From an uncultured archaeon (GTDB lineage Archaea > Altiarchaeota > Altiarchaeia > JAFGQM01), in assembly GCA_964592405.1 (NCBI GenBank), contig CAZQBY010000004.1:73660-101521 (forward strand): DNA of 27,862 nt, in the 5' to 3' direction. The notes under the pieces were generated by a model that made no database searches, had not been told where the DNA came from, and was given only the letters and a program-made list of their open reading frames with translations. Position numbers and translations under genes: made by a program. The first letter of the stretch is position 1. Each line of letters opens with the position of its first letter. Below, in pieces: positions 8,149-17,196 of this stretch.

Positions 8149-9107
8149 CGTCTTCCGCTCCGATAATCCCTTATTATATCCTCCAGATCTCTCGGTTTGA
8201 CCTCTCTCCTCGTGTTGCAGGCCTTTTTGATATCCTGCCGGCTGACAAAGAAAAGACCCTCCCATGAGATTATATCTATATCATCCAGAGTGCATGTTGG
8301 AACCAGCGAGTCCACTCTTATGGGGGAGATTATTGCGCCCACTCCCCTCTCTTCAAGGAATCGCAGGCCCCTGCTGTCATTACCCTTGTTTCTGCAGAGG
8401 ATCAAATCACCCCTCTTGATTGGGACACTCCTGATATCAAGGAAGTTCAGGGATGGTAGCTCCCTTAGCATTACCAGCTCACCCCTTGCAACCCTGCGCA
8501 TCAGAGCCTTTGCCTCTTTTGCAGCCTCATGCAGAATTGCTCTTGGTGATCTAGGCCGTGCACGATTCAGGCTCCTGATTTCGGCTTTGAGTTCCCTGTT
8601 TTCCTTCCTCAGGGCGCTCAACTGTGCGCGCAACTCCCTGCATTTGTCATAATCTTCCTGTGGGGCCATGATATCAGAAACCTTTTCTCCCTTCAGGACG
8701 CGTGCCTTGGTGCGCTCCAGCTCCTCCATGACCTGTTTCTCCACCCGACGCAACTTATTCTGGAATTTATAATAGGCATACACGGCAGCTGCAAGAGCAT
8801 CCCTCTCGTGATCGTTTCTAGTCCGCCAGCGCGATGCCAACTCCCGCTTCTTCTCCACCGGCAGATCGCTTTTGGGAGTGAACAGCCGGGCACCAAGTAT
8901 GCTCGCAACCTTGTTGGCCACGGGAGGAGTCGTTGCCTTGTCTGTAGCCACGACTGCAGCCTTTCCAATGGCTGAGATCTCTGTTATTATATCATCTATA
9001 GACAGGCTGCGTGCACTTTTGACCCCAAGGACATTGCCATCTAGGTCAAGAAATGCCAGTCCGACGGTTGTTCCTGGGTCTATCCCCAATATAAACTGCC
9101 TCTCCAC
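8145..9107 (-). CDS. DUF460 domain protein (RNase H-like fold, COG2433-like) with coiled coil
   Basis: ILGIDPGTTVGLAFLDLDG, VVATD, DLPVEKKREL, NDHERDALAAA. Confidence 0.85.
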   Translation of the reverse strand: MERQFILGIDPGTTVGLAFLDLDGNVLGVKSARSLSIDDIITEISAIGKAAVVATDKATTPPVANKVASILGARLFTPKSDLPVEKKRELASRWRTRNDHERDALAAAVYAYYKFQNKLRRVEKQVMEELERTKARVLKGEKVSDIMAPQEDYDKCRELRAQLSALRKENRELKAEIRSLNRARPRSPRAILHEAAKEAKALMRRVARGELVMLRELPSLNFLDIRSVPIKRGDLILCRNKGNDSRGLRFLEERGVGAIISPIRVDSLVPTCTLDDIDIISWEGLFFVSRQDIKKACNTRREVKPRDLEDIIRDYRSGRR

Positions 9108-9114
9108 TCTCGCC

Positions 9115-9513
9115 TCAGACCTCCCTTATAAGGGCGCATTCAGGAGTAACTTCTACGAAGTGCATGGCTGTTTTTCCATAAGCCGGGCACCGGTTCTCGG
9201 GCTGGTTGTCTACTTCCTGCCGTGGATCGTGTGCCACATCACACACCCAATCCGGCGCTATCTGGTTGGACAGGCAGGGACCGTTGCTCAGGTCTATGCC
9301 CTCAGCAAGCTTCTCCCTGCACAGGAGCTCGCAGGCATCCCTTGGTCTCAGAGGCTCTCCGCTCACTTCATCAGTTCCTGCATAAACCTCCTGCGCCCCC
9401 TCTGCTTCTTTCACAATGCCGGCCTTCTCGGGCTTTGGGTTTCCATACTCTATCCAGTAAGCCCCAATCAGCATCAGGGCGACCACCGCCACTACGACTA
9501 TCATACCTTTCAT
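9115..9513 (-). CDS. Secreted or membrane-anchored Cys-rich hypothetical protein
   Basis: N-terminal hydrophobic segment; C-terminal domain with six Cys (ACELLC...GPCLSN...WVCDVAHDPR...NRC...HFVEVTPEC). Confidence 0.8.
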   Translation of the reverse strand: MKGMIVVVAVVALMLIGAYWIEYGNPKPEKAGIVKEAEGAQEVYAGTDEVSGEPLRPRDACELLCREKLAEGIDLSNGPCLSNQIAPDWVCDVAHDPRQEVDNQPENRCPAYGKTAMHFVEVTPECALIREV

Positions 9514-9729
9514 CCGGTATTAGCTAACGCCGATTAGCATAAAAATAAATCATTTCTATGACTTTCACTCAGATGACGAGATAAATATCCCGGTGGAGAT
9601 GCTATTTGACCTCAGGAGGATGGAGGTCACGGTCAAGACCCACCCCTTTTTTCTGACAAAGGACAATCTAGCCTAGCTCAAACTTGCTACCGCTAACCCG
9701 GATAGAATAAAAAGTAAAAGTAGCCGGAA

Positions 9730-10527
9730 TCAGATTCCGGCCAGATAGGAGACAGTCGTCAGCAGAAGTGCGGGTGTCTGACCCGGGTCATATGCAAAGT
9801 ACATTACGGTCCCCAGACCGCTGTTGCCTTCTATTATCGCTGGCACAGTCCCTTCGCCCACGGTGTCAATGGCGTAGATAACCTTGCCCTTGGAGATTAC
9901 CTTCCAGATCTGGGAGGGCATGTTCAACTGGGCTCCTATCAGTTTGATCCCCTTGGCTATCGGGTGGTTTATGTCTGCCGGTCTTAGATCCGAACCATAG
10001 GCCACATCAGACCATCCTGCCCACTCACCGATGAGCTCTGCAGGTACCGGTATGCCCTGACCTGCCGGCCAGGCCCAGCCGGCAACATTACTGTATTCAG
10101 GATGCTTGGAGCCGGCATCTCCAACCACAATCAGCTTGCCTCCGCCATCAACATACTGTTTTATGGCCTCTCTGGTGTTCATGTCAAAGTAGGGATCACC
10201 CTGAAGTATAACGACCTGATAGTTCCTCAACATTTCGACTGTTACGTAATCTGGTTCGAAGTTAATTGGATAGTGAATACCCTTCATCTGGGCTTCCTTC
10301 CCTGACAGCACCCTTACAACATCGGGAGAGGGAACACCAATGACCAATACATTCGCCTCACCACCACAGCCGATGGGTATAATACAGGGTATCACACCCA
10401 GAAATTGCAGCACAAAGAATGCGATCACAATCAACAGAATCAAGGGCAGAACGCCCTCAATGCTGTGGAATCTCCTTCCTCCGCCCGAAGGCATGTATGC
10501 ATACGGGTCTGCTGGATACGCTTCCAT
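9730..10527 (-). CDS. Membrane-anchored hypothetical protein with class I glutamine amidotransferase-like (flavodoxin-like) domain
   Basis: TM helix VLPLILLIVIAFFVLQFLGVI; LRNYQVVILQG...AIKQYVDGGGKLIVVGDAG, HPIAKG, GLGTVMYFAYD typical of GATase1-like/DUF4350-like domains. Confidence 0.7.
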   Translation of the reverse strand: MEAYPADPYAYMPSGGGRRFHSIEGVLPLILLIVIAFFVLQFLGVIPCIIPIGCGGEANVLVIGVPSPDVVRVLSGKEAQMKGIHYPINFEPDYVTVEMLRNYQVVILQGDPYFDMNTREAIKQYVDGGGKLIVVGDAGSKHPEYSNVAGWAWPAGQGIPVPAELIGEWAGWSDVAYGSDLRPADINHPIAKGIKLIGAQLNMPSQIWKVISKGKVIYAIDTVGEGTVPAIIEGNSGLGTVMYFAYDPGQTPALLLTTVSYLAGI

Positions 10528-10671
10528 TTTTCAGTCGGTTTTAATTATATGTGTTTGTATAAAAATCTGAATACTTTAAGCAATTAAAGAATAAAAACAA
10601 AATATGTCCCCCGGAGAGGACAAAAAATCCCGGATTTTTCTGTTTTTTGTTCTCCCCGCTTTAATTATCCG

Positions 10672-11952
10672 ATGGATTTGCAGATCTATCCGGTTGAGAG
10701 GCTGGAAGGCGTTGTGAATGCTCCTCCGAGCAAAAGCTATACGCATAGAGCCATAATACTGGCTGGGCTGAGCAGGGGCATGGTCAGGATATATAACCCC
10801 CTCCTGTCTGCAGACCCGATGGCCACTATAGACGCCATGAGGGCTGCTGGTGCCCGCATAGAAACAACAAGGCAGAACAGTCTCAGAATTCATGGCAATG
10901 CAGGCCAGATTGAAGCCCCGGAACTTGTGGATGTCAGGAACAGCGGAACCACCATAAGGATAATGACCTCGGTGTTCTCCCTTTGCAACAGGAAGGTAAT
11001 CCTGACCGGAGATGAGTCAATACAAAAGAGGCCCATGGGGCCCCTGCTGGAAGCGCTGGAGGAGGTTGGTGTGGAGACCACATCCCATAACGGCATGCCC
11101 CCAATATCTGTGAAGGGCCCGATAAAAGGCAACAGAATACGGATAAGGGGGGATGTCAGCTCACAATATATCTCCGGTCTCCTGATGGCATGCCCCCTAA
11201 GGGAGTGCGACACCACAGTTGAAATAACAACCGGACTGAGATCCAGACCATATCTTGACCTGACATTGGATATAATCCATGACTTTGATGTGGTGATAGA
11301 GAACAAGGGTTACAGGCAGTTCCTCATAAGCGGGGGACAGTCTTACTCCCGGGGCCAATACTTTGTAGAGGGTGATTATTCCGGTGCGGCCTTCATCTTG
11401 GCTGCAGCAGCCATCACAGATTCGGATGTCACAGTCAAAAATCTTTACAGGGATTCAAAGCAGGGGGATAAATACTTTTTGGAGATCCTTCAGAGAATGG
11501 GCGCGGATGTGAAAATATCCAGAGATAATATAACCGTCAGGGGCGGGCAGCCCCTCAGGGGGGTGGATGTTGACCTCTCACAGACTCCGGACATTCTTCC
11601 AGTAATGGCCGTCATATGTGCATCCGCCAACGGCCGGAGTATAATACGCAATGTGGAGCACGCACGCATAAAGGAATGCGATCGCATAAGTGCCATGGCT
11701 CAGGGCCTTAGGAAAATGGGCGTTAAACTGGAGGAAAAACAGGACGGCCTAGTCATTGAGGGTCCGGCTAGGCTTAGGGGCGCAGATATCTGCGGGTTTG
11801 GTGATCACAGAATCGTTATGGCACTATCCGTGGCTGGGCTGAAGGCCGACGGACCGACAAGAATAACAGACGCGGAAACTATTGGGATTTCCTATCCGGG
11901 CTTTCTTGATGCCCTGAAACTGCTGGGGATTCAATATAACATATCTCCTTGA
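10672..11952 (+). CDS. aroA: 3-phosphoshikimate 1-carboxyvinyltransferase (EPSP synthase)
   Basis: PPSKSYTHRA, NSGTTIR, SSQYISGLLM, EGDYS, KECDRI, DHRIVMA. Confidence 0.96.
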   Translation: MDLQIYPVERLEGVVNAPPSKSYTHRAIILAGLSRGMVRIYNPLLSADPMATIDAMRAAGARIETTRQNSLRIHGNAGQIEAPELVDVRNSGTTIRIMTSVFSLCNRKVILTGDESIQKRPMGPLLEALEEVGVETTSHNGMPPISVKGPIKGNRIRIRGDVSSQYISGLLMACPLRECDTTVEITTGLRSRPYLDLTLDIIHDFDVVIENKGYRQFLISGGQSYSRGQYFVEGDYSGAAFILAAAAITDSDVTVKNLYRDSKQGDKYFLEILQRMGADVKISRDNITVRGGQPLRGVDVDLSQTPDILPVMAVICASANGRSIIRNVEHARIKECDRISAMAQGLRKMGVKLEEKQDGLVIEGPARLRGADICGFGDHRIVMALSVAGLKADGPTRITDAETIGISYPGFLDALKLLGIQYNISP

Positions 11953-13183
11953 GTGGAGTCATGGTCATTATGTTCTTGGCCTGTTCGGGATATCTTGCTA
12001 TGAACCTGAGTTCGTCCGCGGTGAGCGGCTTCTGTGTATGGACATTGGCATACCTGACCAATTCAAGTATTCTTCTGGCATGCTCATCATCCGTAAACTC
12101 TATTTCCAGCTCTCCATAGACATTTTTGAATCCTTTGATGCCACTGTATTCTCCGATAGTTATCTTTCTGCCGGTATCTATTATCTCCGGCTCACCCCTG
12201 CCAAGCTCTTCAAAATCATAGAGCTCATAGTTTTTCCGGTCCTTGAGTGCACCATCCACATGTATCCCAGACTCATGGGCAAAGGCATTGGCTCCAACGC
12301 CTGGTTGGTTGATCGGGATTGGTACGTGGAAGGCATAGGAGGCATATTTGCATATCTTCCAAGCTTCCTTCAGGTTTACTCTTTCATCTAGCCTGTATTT
12401 TTTCTCAAATCCACTGGAGTACTTCAGTGCAAGGATGACTGAAACCAAGTCAGCATTTCCAGTACGTTCCCCCATGCCATTCACGGTGGTGTTGATGTAA
12501 GCATCCTGTCCGGCATCTATGCATGCCTTTGCACCGGCTACTGAACAGGCCACAGCCATCCCCAGATCATTGTGGCAGTGAACCTCCAGCGGCATTCTGA
12601 CTTCTTCAGCCAAGATTTTCATCTTTTTGTATATCGTGAACGGGTCATCATAGCCAAGGGTATCACAGTAGCGCACCCTGTCTGCCCCAGCCTTCTTGAC
12701 AGCCTTTGAGAACTCTATCAGTTTCTCCATCTCTGTCCTGGAGGCATCTTCGGCATTCACACCTATGCTCTTTGCTCCATTCTCCCTAGCGACCTCAACG
12801 GCTCTCACCGTATCGGATATTATGTCCTCCCACGTCTTTCTCCCTCCAAATTTTCCCCGAATCATCTGCTCTGAGGTGGATATGGAAAGATTAACGTGCT
12901 TCAGCTTTGGGACCAGCTTCCATGCCTTTTTGACATCGGCCTCTATCGCGCGCAGCCAGCCGGAGAGGCGCATGTTCTTGATTACCCCAAGTTCAGCCAG
13001 CTCCAGATTGGCATTTAAGTAATTGGTTTCGTGGTCTGTAATCGGAAACCCAAATTCGCTCTGGAAGATGCCCATGCTGTCTAGATATATGTTAAGGAGG
13101 GTCTTCTCCAGCTTGGCCAGCCCCAGGCGCGATGTCTGCACCCCGTCACGGTTGGTGACATCGATGAGGTAGATGGTGTTCAT
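11879..13183 (-). CDS. DRE-TIM metallolyase (homocitrate/isopropylmalate synthase family), probable Re-citrate synthase
   Basis: DVTNRDGVQ, NAEDASR, YCDTLG, HCHNDLGMA, NGMGERTGNA, FAHESGIH. No LeuA regulatory domain. Divergent from aconitase and IDH. Confidence 0.85.
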   Translation of the reverse strand: MNTIYLIDVTNRDGVQTSRLGLAKLEKTLLNIYLDSMGIFQSEFGFPITDHETNYLNANLELAELGVIKNMRLSGWLRAIEADVKKAWKLVPKLKHVNLSISTSEQMIRGKFGGRKTWEDIISDTVRAVEVARENGAKSIGVNAEDASRTEMEKLIEFSKAVKKAGADRVRYCDTLGYDDPFTIYKKMKILAEEVRMPLEVHCHNDLGMAVACSVAGAKACIDAGQDAYINTTVNGMGERTGNADLVSVILALKYSSGFEKKYRLDERVNLKEAWKICKYASYAFHVPIPINQPGVGANAFAHESGIHVDGALKDRKNYELYDFEELGRGEPEIIDTGRKITIGEYSGIKGFKNVYGELEIEFTDDEHARRILELVRYANVHTQKPLTADELRFIARYPEQAKNIMTMTPLKEICYIESPAVSGHQESPDRKSQ

Positions 13184-13192
13184 GATTTGAGC

Positions 13193-13220
13193 CTTTTATT
13201 TGTGCAGCTGGAAATAAAAG
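13193..13220. promoter_or_regulatory. Inverted repeat CTTTTATTT-N10-AAATAAAAG: probable paired TATA boxes of a bidirectional promoter
   Basis: Fills most of the 39-bp gap between ATG 13183 (-) and ATG 13223 (+). Confidence 0.6.
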
Positions 13221-13222
13221 CC

Positions 13223-15100
13223 ATGCCTTCTCTGGCCGAGACAATACTAAGAGACCACCTTGTAGATGGAGAGTGGGGCGGTGAAATAGGCATAAGAATA
13301 GACCAGACGTTAACTCAGGATGCAACCGGGACCCTCGCCTATCTCCAGTTTGAGGCCCTTGGAATCCCCAAGGTAAGAACTGAGCTGTCGGTCAGCTATG
13401 TAGACCACAATACTCTCCAGACAGGATTTGAGAATGCTGATGATCACCGTTATCTCCAGAGCGTTGCCGGCATATATGGAGTCAAATTCTCCAGACCGGG
13501 AAACGGCATCTGTCACCAGGTCCATCTAGAGCGCTTTGGCATTCCTGGAAAAACCCTGCTGGGCAGCGACAGCCACACGCCAACCTCTGGCGGACTTGGC
13601 ATGATAGGCATCGGGGCGGGTGGCCTTGATGTGGCCGCCGCAATGGCCGGTGAACCCTTCTACCTCCAGACTCCTGAGATTCTTGGTGTGAAACTCACAG
13701 GCAAACTGCGTCCAACTTCGTCAGCAAAAGACCTGATACTCTACATCCTCGGGGAACTCTCCGTCAGGGGAGGGATAGGGAAGGTGATTGAATACTATGG
13801 TTCTGGGGTCTCCTCCCTCTCTGTCCCGGAGCGTGGCACAATAGCCAATATGGGTGCAGAACTCGGAGCAACAACATCCATATTCCCAAGCGATGGAGCA
13901 ACCCTCTTTTTTCTCAAGTCACAGCAGAGGGGGCAGCACTGGAAAAGGCTGGATGCTGGCGAGGATGGGGACTATGATGAGATCCTGAGAATCAATCTGG
14001 CCGATATTGAGCCGCTTGTGGCAAAACCACACAGCCCGGATAATGTTTCTCCAGTCAGCGAATTGGAGGGCATGCCTGTGGACCAGATCTGTATAGGCAG
14101 TTGTACCAATTCCTCGCTAAAAGACATGATGACTGTGGCTGCCATACTCAAGGGGAAAAAGGTCCACCCGAACGTGAGCCTGACTATCTCTCCCGGCTCC
14201 AGACAGGTATACGAGGCTCTTGCACGCAGCGGAGCGCTTGCTGATATGATAGCCGCAGGCGCGCGCATATTGGAGCCGGTCTGCGGACCGTGTATAGGCA
14301 TGGGTCAGGCGCCACCCTCCGGCGGGGTGTCGCTCAGGACCTTTAACCGCAACTTTGAGGGAAGGAGCGGCACAAGAGATGCAAAGATTTATCTGGTCAG
14401 CCCGGAAACAGCGGCTTTCTCGGCTGTAGAGGGCAGGCTTACAAAGCCGGACAGGATTCCAAAAATCCGGCTTCCTCAAATCAAGATAGACGATTCCATG
14501 GTAATCCAGCCCGGTTTTGTGGGCAGGGCGATTAGGGGTCCGAACATAAAGCCGATACCACTTGGAAAGCCTGTAGGCACGCATGTGGTCGGAGAGGTCC
14601 TGCTCAAGGTTGGCGATAATATAAGCACAGATCACATACTACCGGGCGGGGCGGAAATACTGCCACTCAGAAGCAACATCCCCAAAATAAGCAGGTTTGT
14701 ATTTTCGCAGATGGACCCGAGCTTCGCCACACGCGCAAAGCAGAAGGGGGGCGGCTTTATAGTTGCCGGTGAAAATTATGGACAGGGCTCTTCAAGAGAG
14801 CACGCAGCCATTGCGCCCATGTATCTGGGGGTGCGTGCAGTAATAGCCAAGTCATTTGCCCGTATCCACAGGGCCAATCTCATAAATTTTGGAATTGCGC
14901 CTCTGGAATTCTCGGATGTGGCAGACTATGACAGGATAGAACAGGGAGAGCGCCTGGAAATAAGTCTCAATCCCCCCGCAATCACAAACAGGAGTATAGG
15001 ATTAAGATGTGAGCTGAGTTTGCGACAGGAGGCCATACTGCGCGCAGGAGGGCTCCTCAACTTCATCAAAAATAAGAATCCAGGTGGCAGGAATGCATAG
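13223..15100 (+). CDS. Aconitate hydratase (single-chain, about 625 aa, Aquifex/Dehalococcoides-like putative type)
   Basis: [31 protein letters not shown], 4Fe-4S ligands IGSCTN and [33 protein letters not shown]. Start reassigned from TTG 13187 to ATG 13223. Confidence 0.93.
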   Translation: MPSLAETILRDHLVDGEWGGEIGIRIDQTLTQDATGTLAYLQFEALGIPKVRTELSVSYVDHNTLQTGFENADDHRYLQSVAGIYGVKFSRPGNGICHQVHLERFGIPGKTLLGSDSHTPTSGGLGMIGIGAGGLDVAAAMAGEPFYLQTPEILGVKLTGKLRPTSSAKDLILYILGELSVRGGIGKVIEYYGSGVSSLSVPERGTIANMGAELGATTSIFPSDGATLFFLKSQQRGQHWKRLDAGEDGDYDEILRINLADIEPLVAKPHSPDNVSPVSELEGMPVDQICIGSCTNSSLKDMMTVAAILKGKKVHPNVSLTISPGSRQVYEALARSGALADMIAAGARILEPVCGPCIGMGQAPPSGGVSLRTFNRNFEGRSGTRDAKIYLVSPETAAFSAVEGRLTKPDRIPKIRLPQIKIDDSMVIQPGFVGRAIRGPNIKPIPLGKPVGTHVVGEVLLKVGDNISTDHILPGGAEILPLRSNIPKISRFVFSQMDPSFATRAKQKGGGFIVAGENYGQGSSREHAAIAPMYLGVRAVIAKSFARIHRANLINFGIAPLEFSDVADYDRIEQGERLEISLNPPAITNRSIGLRCELSLRQEAILRAGGLLNFIKNKNPGGRNA

Positions 15101-16169
15101 GGTAACACTCATTCCCGGAGACGGCATAGGGCCCGAGATTTCAGGAGCGGCCAGAAGGGTCATTGAGGCCAGCGGTGCCCGGATAAAGTGGGATGTTGTT
15201 GAGGCAGGAGCAGATGTGGTAGACAGATATGGAACCCCCCTTCCGGAGGAAGTCCTGAAATCAATAAGAAAGAACAGGGTAGCCCTAAAGGGCCCGATTA
15301 CAACCCCCCTTGGAACCGGATTCAGGAGCGTCAATGTTGCGCTGAGAAAAAAGCTCGACCTGTATGCCTGCCTCAGACCCTGCAGATATTATGAAGGGGT
15401 CAGATCAAGATACAGGAATATAGACATTGTTATTGTCAGGGAGAACACGGAAGGCCTCTATGCGGGAGTTGAATTTGAGGAAGGGAGGGAAGACACACTG
15501 GATGTCATAAATTATATCAATAAAAAAGCGGGTTGCAATATACGCCAGGATTCCGGCATAAGCATAAAACCCATATCAGTTTTCGGCACTGGAAGGATAG
15601 TGCGCTTTGCCTTTGAATATGCCCGCAAGAATGGGAGAAAGAAGGTTACCTCTGTTACGAAATCAAATATCATGAAATTTTCTGATGGCCTCTTTATGAG
15701 GATTGCAGAGGAGACTGCTGGTGAATATCCGGATATCGAATATGAACACCGCCTGGTGGACAATATGTGCATGCAGCTTGTCCAGAAACCAGAGCTCTAT
15801 GATGTATTGGTAATGCCGAATCTATATGGAGACATAGTCTCAGATCTGTGTGCCGGCCTGATAGGTGGTTTGGGTGTTGCCCCCGGAGCAAATATCGGCG
15901 ACGAATATGCAGTCTTCGAGCCGACTCATGGCTCGGCTCCCAGATACAAGGGCATGAACAAGGTTAATCCATCCGCCATGATACTTTCCGGTGTGATGAT
16001 GCTAAGACATCTTGGCGAGGGAGCGGCTGCTGAAAGGGTGGAGAAGGCCTTTGCAGCTGTTGTCAGGGAAGGAAGATATGTTACATATGACATGAAACCT
16101 GACAGGAATGATCCAACAGCAGTGGGCACCAGTGAAATGGCTGATGCAATAATAAGGACAATGGACTAG
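15093..16169 (+). CDS. Isocitrate dehydrogenase (isocitrate/isopropylmalate dehydrogenase family, probably NAD-dependent)
   Basis: [29 protein letters not shown] (IDH-type S-x-N-xxx-R loop), [30 protein letters not shown] 15093 follows AGGTGG. Confidence 0.9.
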   Translation: MHRVTLIPGDGIGPEISGAARRVIEASGARIKWDVVEAGADVVDRYGTPLPEEVLKSIRKNRVALKGPITTPLGTGFRSVNVALRKKLDLYACLRPCRYYEGVRSRYRNIDIVIVRENTEGLYAGVEFEEGREDTLDVINYINKKAGCNIRQDSGISIKPISVFGTGRIVRFAFEYARKNGRKKVTSVTKSNIMKFSDGLFMRIAEETAGEYPDIEYEHRLVDNMCMQLVQKPELYDVLVMPNLYGDIVSDLCAGLIGGLGVAPGANIGDEYAVFEPTHGSAPRYKGMNKVNPSAMILSGVMMLRHLGEGAAAERVEKAFAAVVREGRYVTYDMKPDRNDPTAVGTSEMADAIIRTMD

Positions 16170-16690
16170 GCCCTGTTCAGCCGATTCAGGGTTTCCACAA
16201 ACTCCTTTTTCAGCTCATCCTTCTTCTTTTTGCTCAGGCCGGTATTGTCAATTATGCCAAAGAGCCGCTTCAGCTCCCTCCTCTCAATCCCTGAATCAAG
16301 AAAGGCCTCCACCACATCTATGCATTTCTCCAATCTTCGGAGCCATTTTTCAATGAGAATCAGAATCTTTCTGTTCCTGATATACTTGGCGTCCAGATTT
16401 ATTGATGCAAAATATCCATCCGTCTGATTGTCTGCCAGTATTTCCACAAATTCCCTGATGTCCTTTTCTATGGCTTCTGTTTTGAGTCCCATCTCTCTCA
16501 GAATGGGATTTGCTGTCCGGGCCGTTTCCCTCATCAGTTTATAGAGATCTTGGGTGTAAGAGTCTATGTTTACTACTGCTATGGATATACGGTCATTTCT
16601 ATCCAGAATATTTTTTATTTCGTTCCTTAGGTCCCGGCTGGCCCACCTTATGAGCTCTAGTCTGTGCTTGAGCCCCCCATATACCATCAT
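16166..16690 (-). CDS. Hypothetical helical protein (174 aa)
   Basis: Open frame coupled to the upstream gene by a 4-nt overlap; shares CTAG stop overlap with idh; no motif recognised. Confidence 0.65.
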   Translation of the reverse strand: MMVYGGLKHRLELIRWASRDLRNEIKNILDRNDRISIAVVNIDSYTQDLYKLMRETARTANPILREMGLKTEAIEKDIREFVEILADNQTDGYFASINLDAKYIRNRKILILIEKWLRRLEKCIDVVEAFLDSGIERRELKRLFGIIDNTGLSKKKKDELKKEFVETLNRLNRA

Positions 16691-17175
16691 TCAAGGATTT
16701 CTATATTCGTAGAGGCATTGACTATTGGGGTGTCGTTGTAGTAGAGGACCGCATGGAACTGATAGACTCCCGGCTCTATTCCAGAACAGCCATAACACCT
16801 AGGCACGTTTGTTTTTGTTTCAATGATGTTTTCGCCTTCAGCCAGATTCATATCAAAATATCTTTCATTCTTGTAGGCGCCATACTTGTTCTTGATGCCA
16901 AAGAGGTGTATTGTAGTTCCATCCATTGCTTTTGGGGATACTATCTCTATTGTAATATTTACATCGTCGTGCGAGTGGTAAGTATATCTATCCGTGGAGA
17001 TGGACATTGTATAAACCTCTTCACCCTCAACTCTTGGCGGCCTGTAGCTGTTATTCACCTCCTCAGCCGGCCTGCTGGCCTCTTCACTACCGGTCTTGGC
17101 TGGCAACATAAACAGGGCTGTAACAATAGCACACACAATAACCACTCCAAGGAGGACTGATATACTGATTTTCAT
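16687..17175 (-). CDS. Secreted or membrane-anchored hypothetical protein, probable beta-sandwich
   Basis: N-terminal hydrophobic segment, ISTDRYTY-type first strand, CYGC motif, several N-x-S/T sequons. Confidence 0.75.
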   Translation of the reverse strand: MKISISVLLGVVIVCAIVTALFMLPAKTGSEEASRPAEEVNNSYRPPRVEGEEVYTMSISTDRYTYHSHDDVNITIEIVSPKAMDGTTIHLFGIKNKYGAYKNERYFDMNLAEGENIIETKTNVPRCYGCSGIEPGVYQFHAVLYYNDTPIVNASTNIEILE

Positions 17176-17196
17176 GCTGGAAGTTAGAAGTGCATT

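Noticed and set aside
8149-8265. N-terminal extension of the DUF202 ORF
   Set aside because: Lies inside the DUF460 gene; ATG 8148 gives a coupled start.
8145-9107. Transposase (RNase H-like fold)
   Set aside because: Motifs match DUF460; no terminal inverted repeats or target duplications seen, and the gene is tightly coupled to its neighbours.
13223-16169. Leucine (leuCD/leuB) or AAA-lysine (homoaconitase/homoisocitrate dehydrogenase) genes
   Set aside because: The hydratase is a single 625-aa chain rather than split large and small subunits, and the dehydrogenase has the IDH-type RSVNVALR loop. Disfavoured but not excluded without assays.
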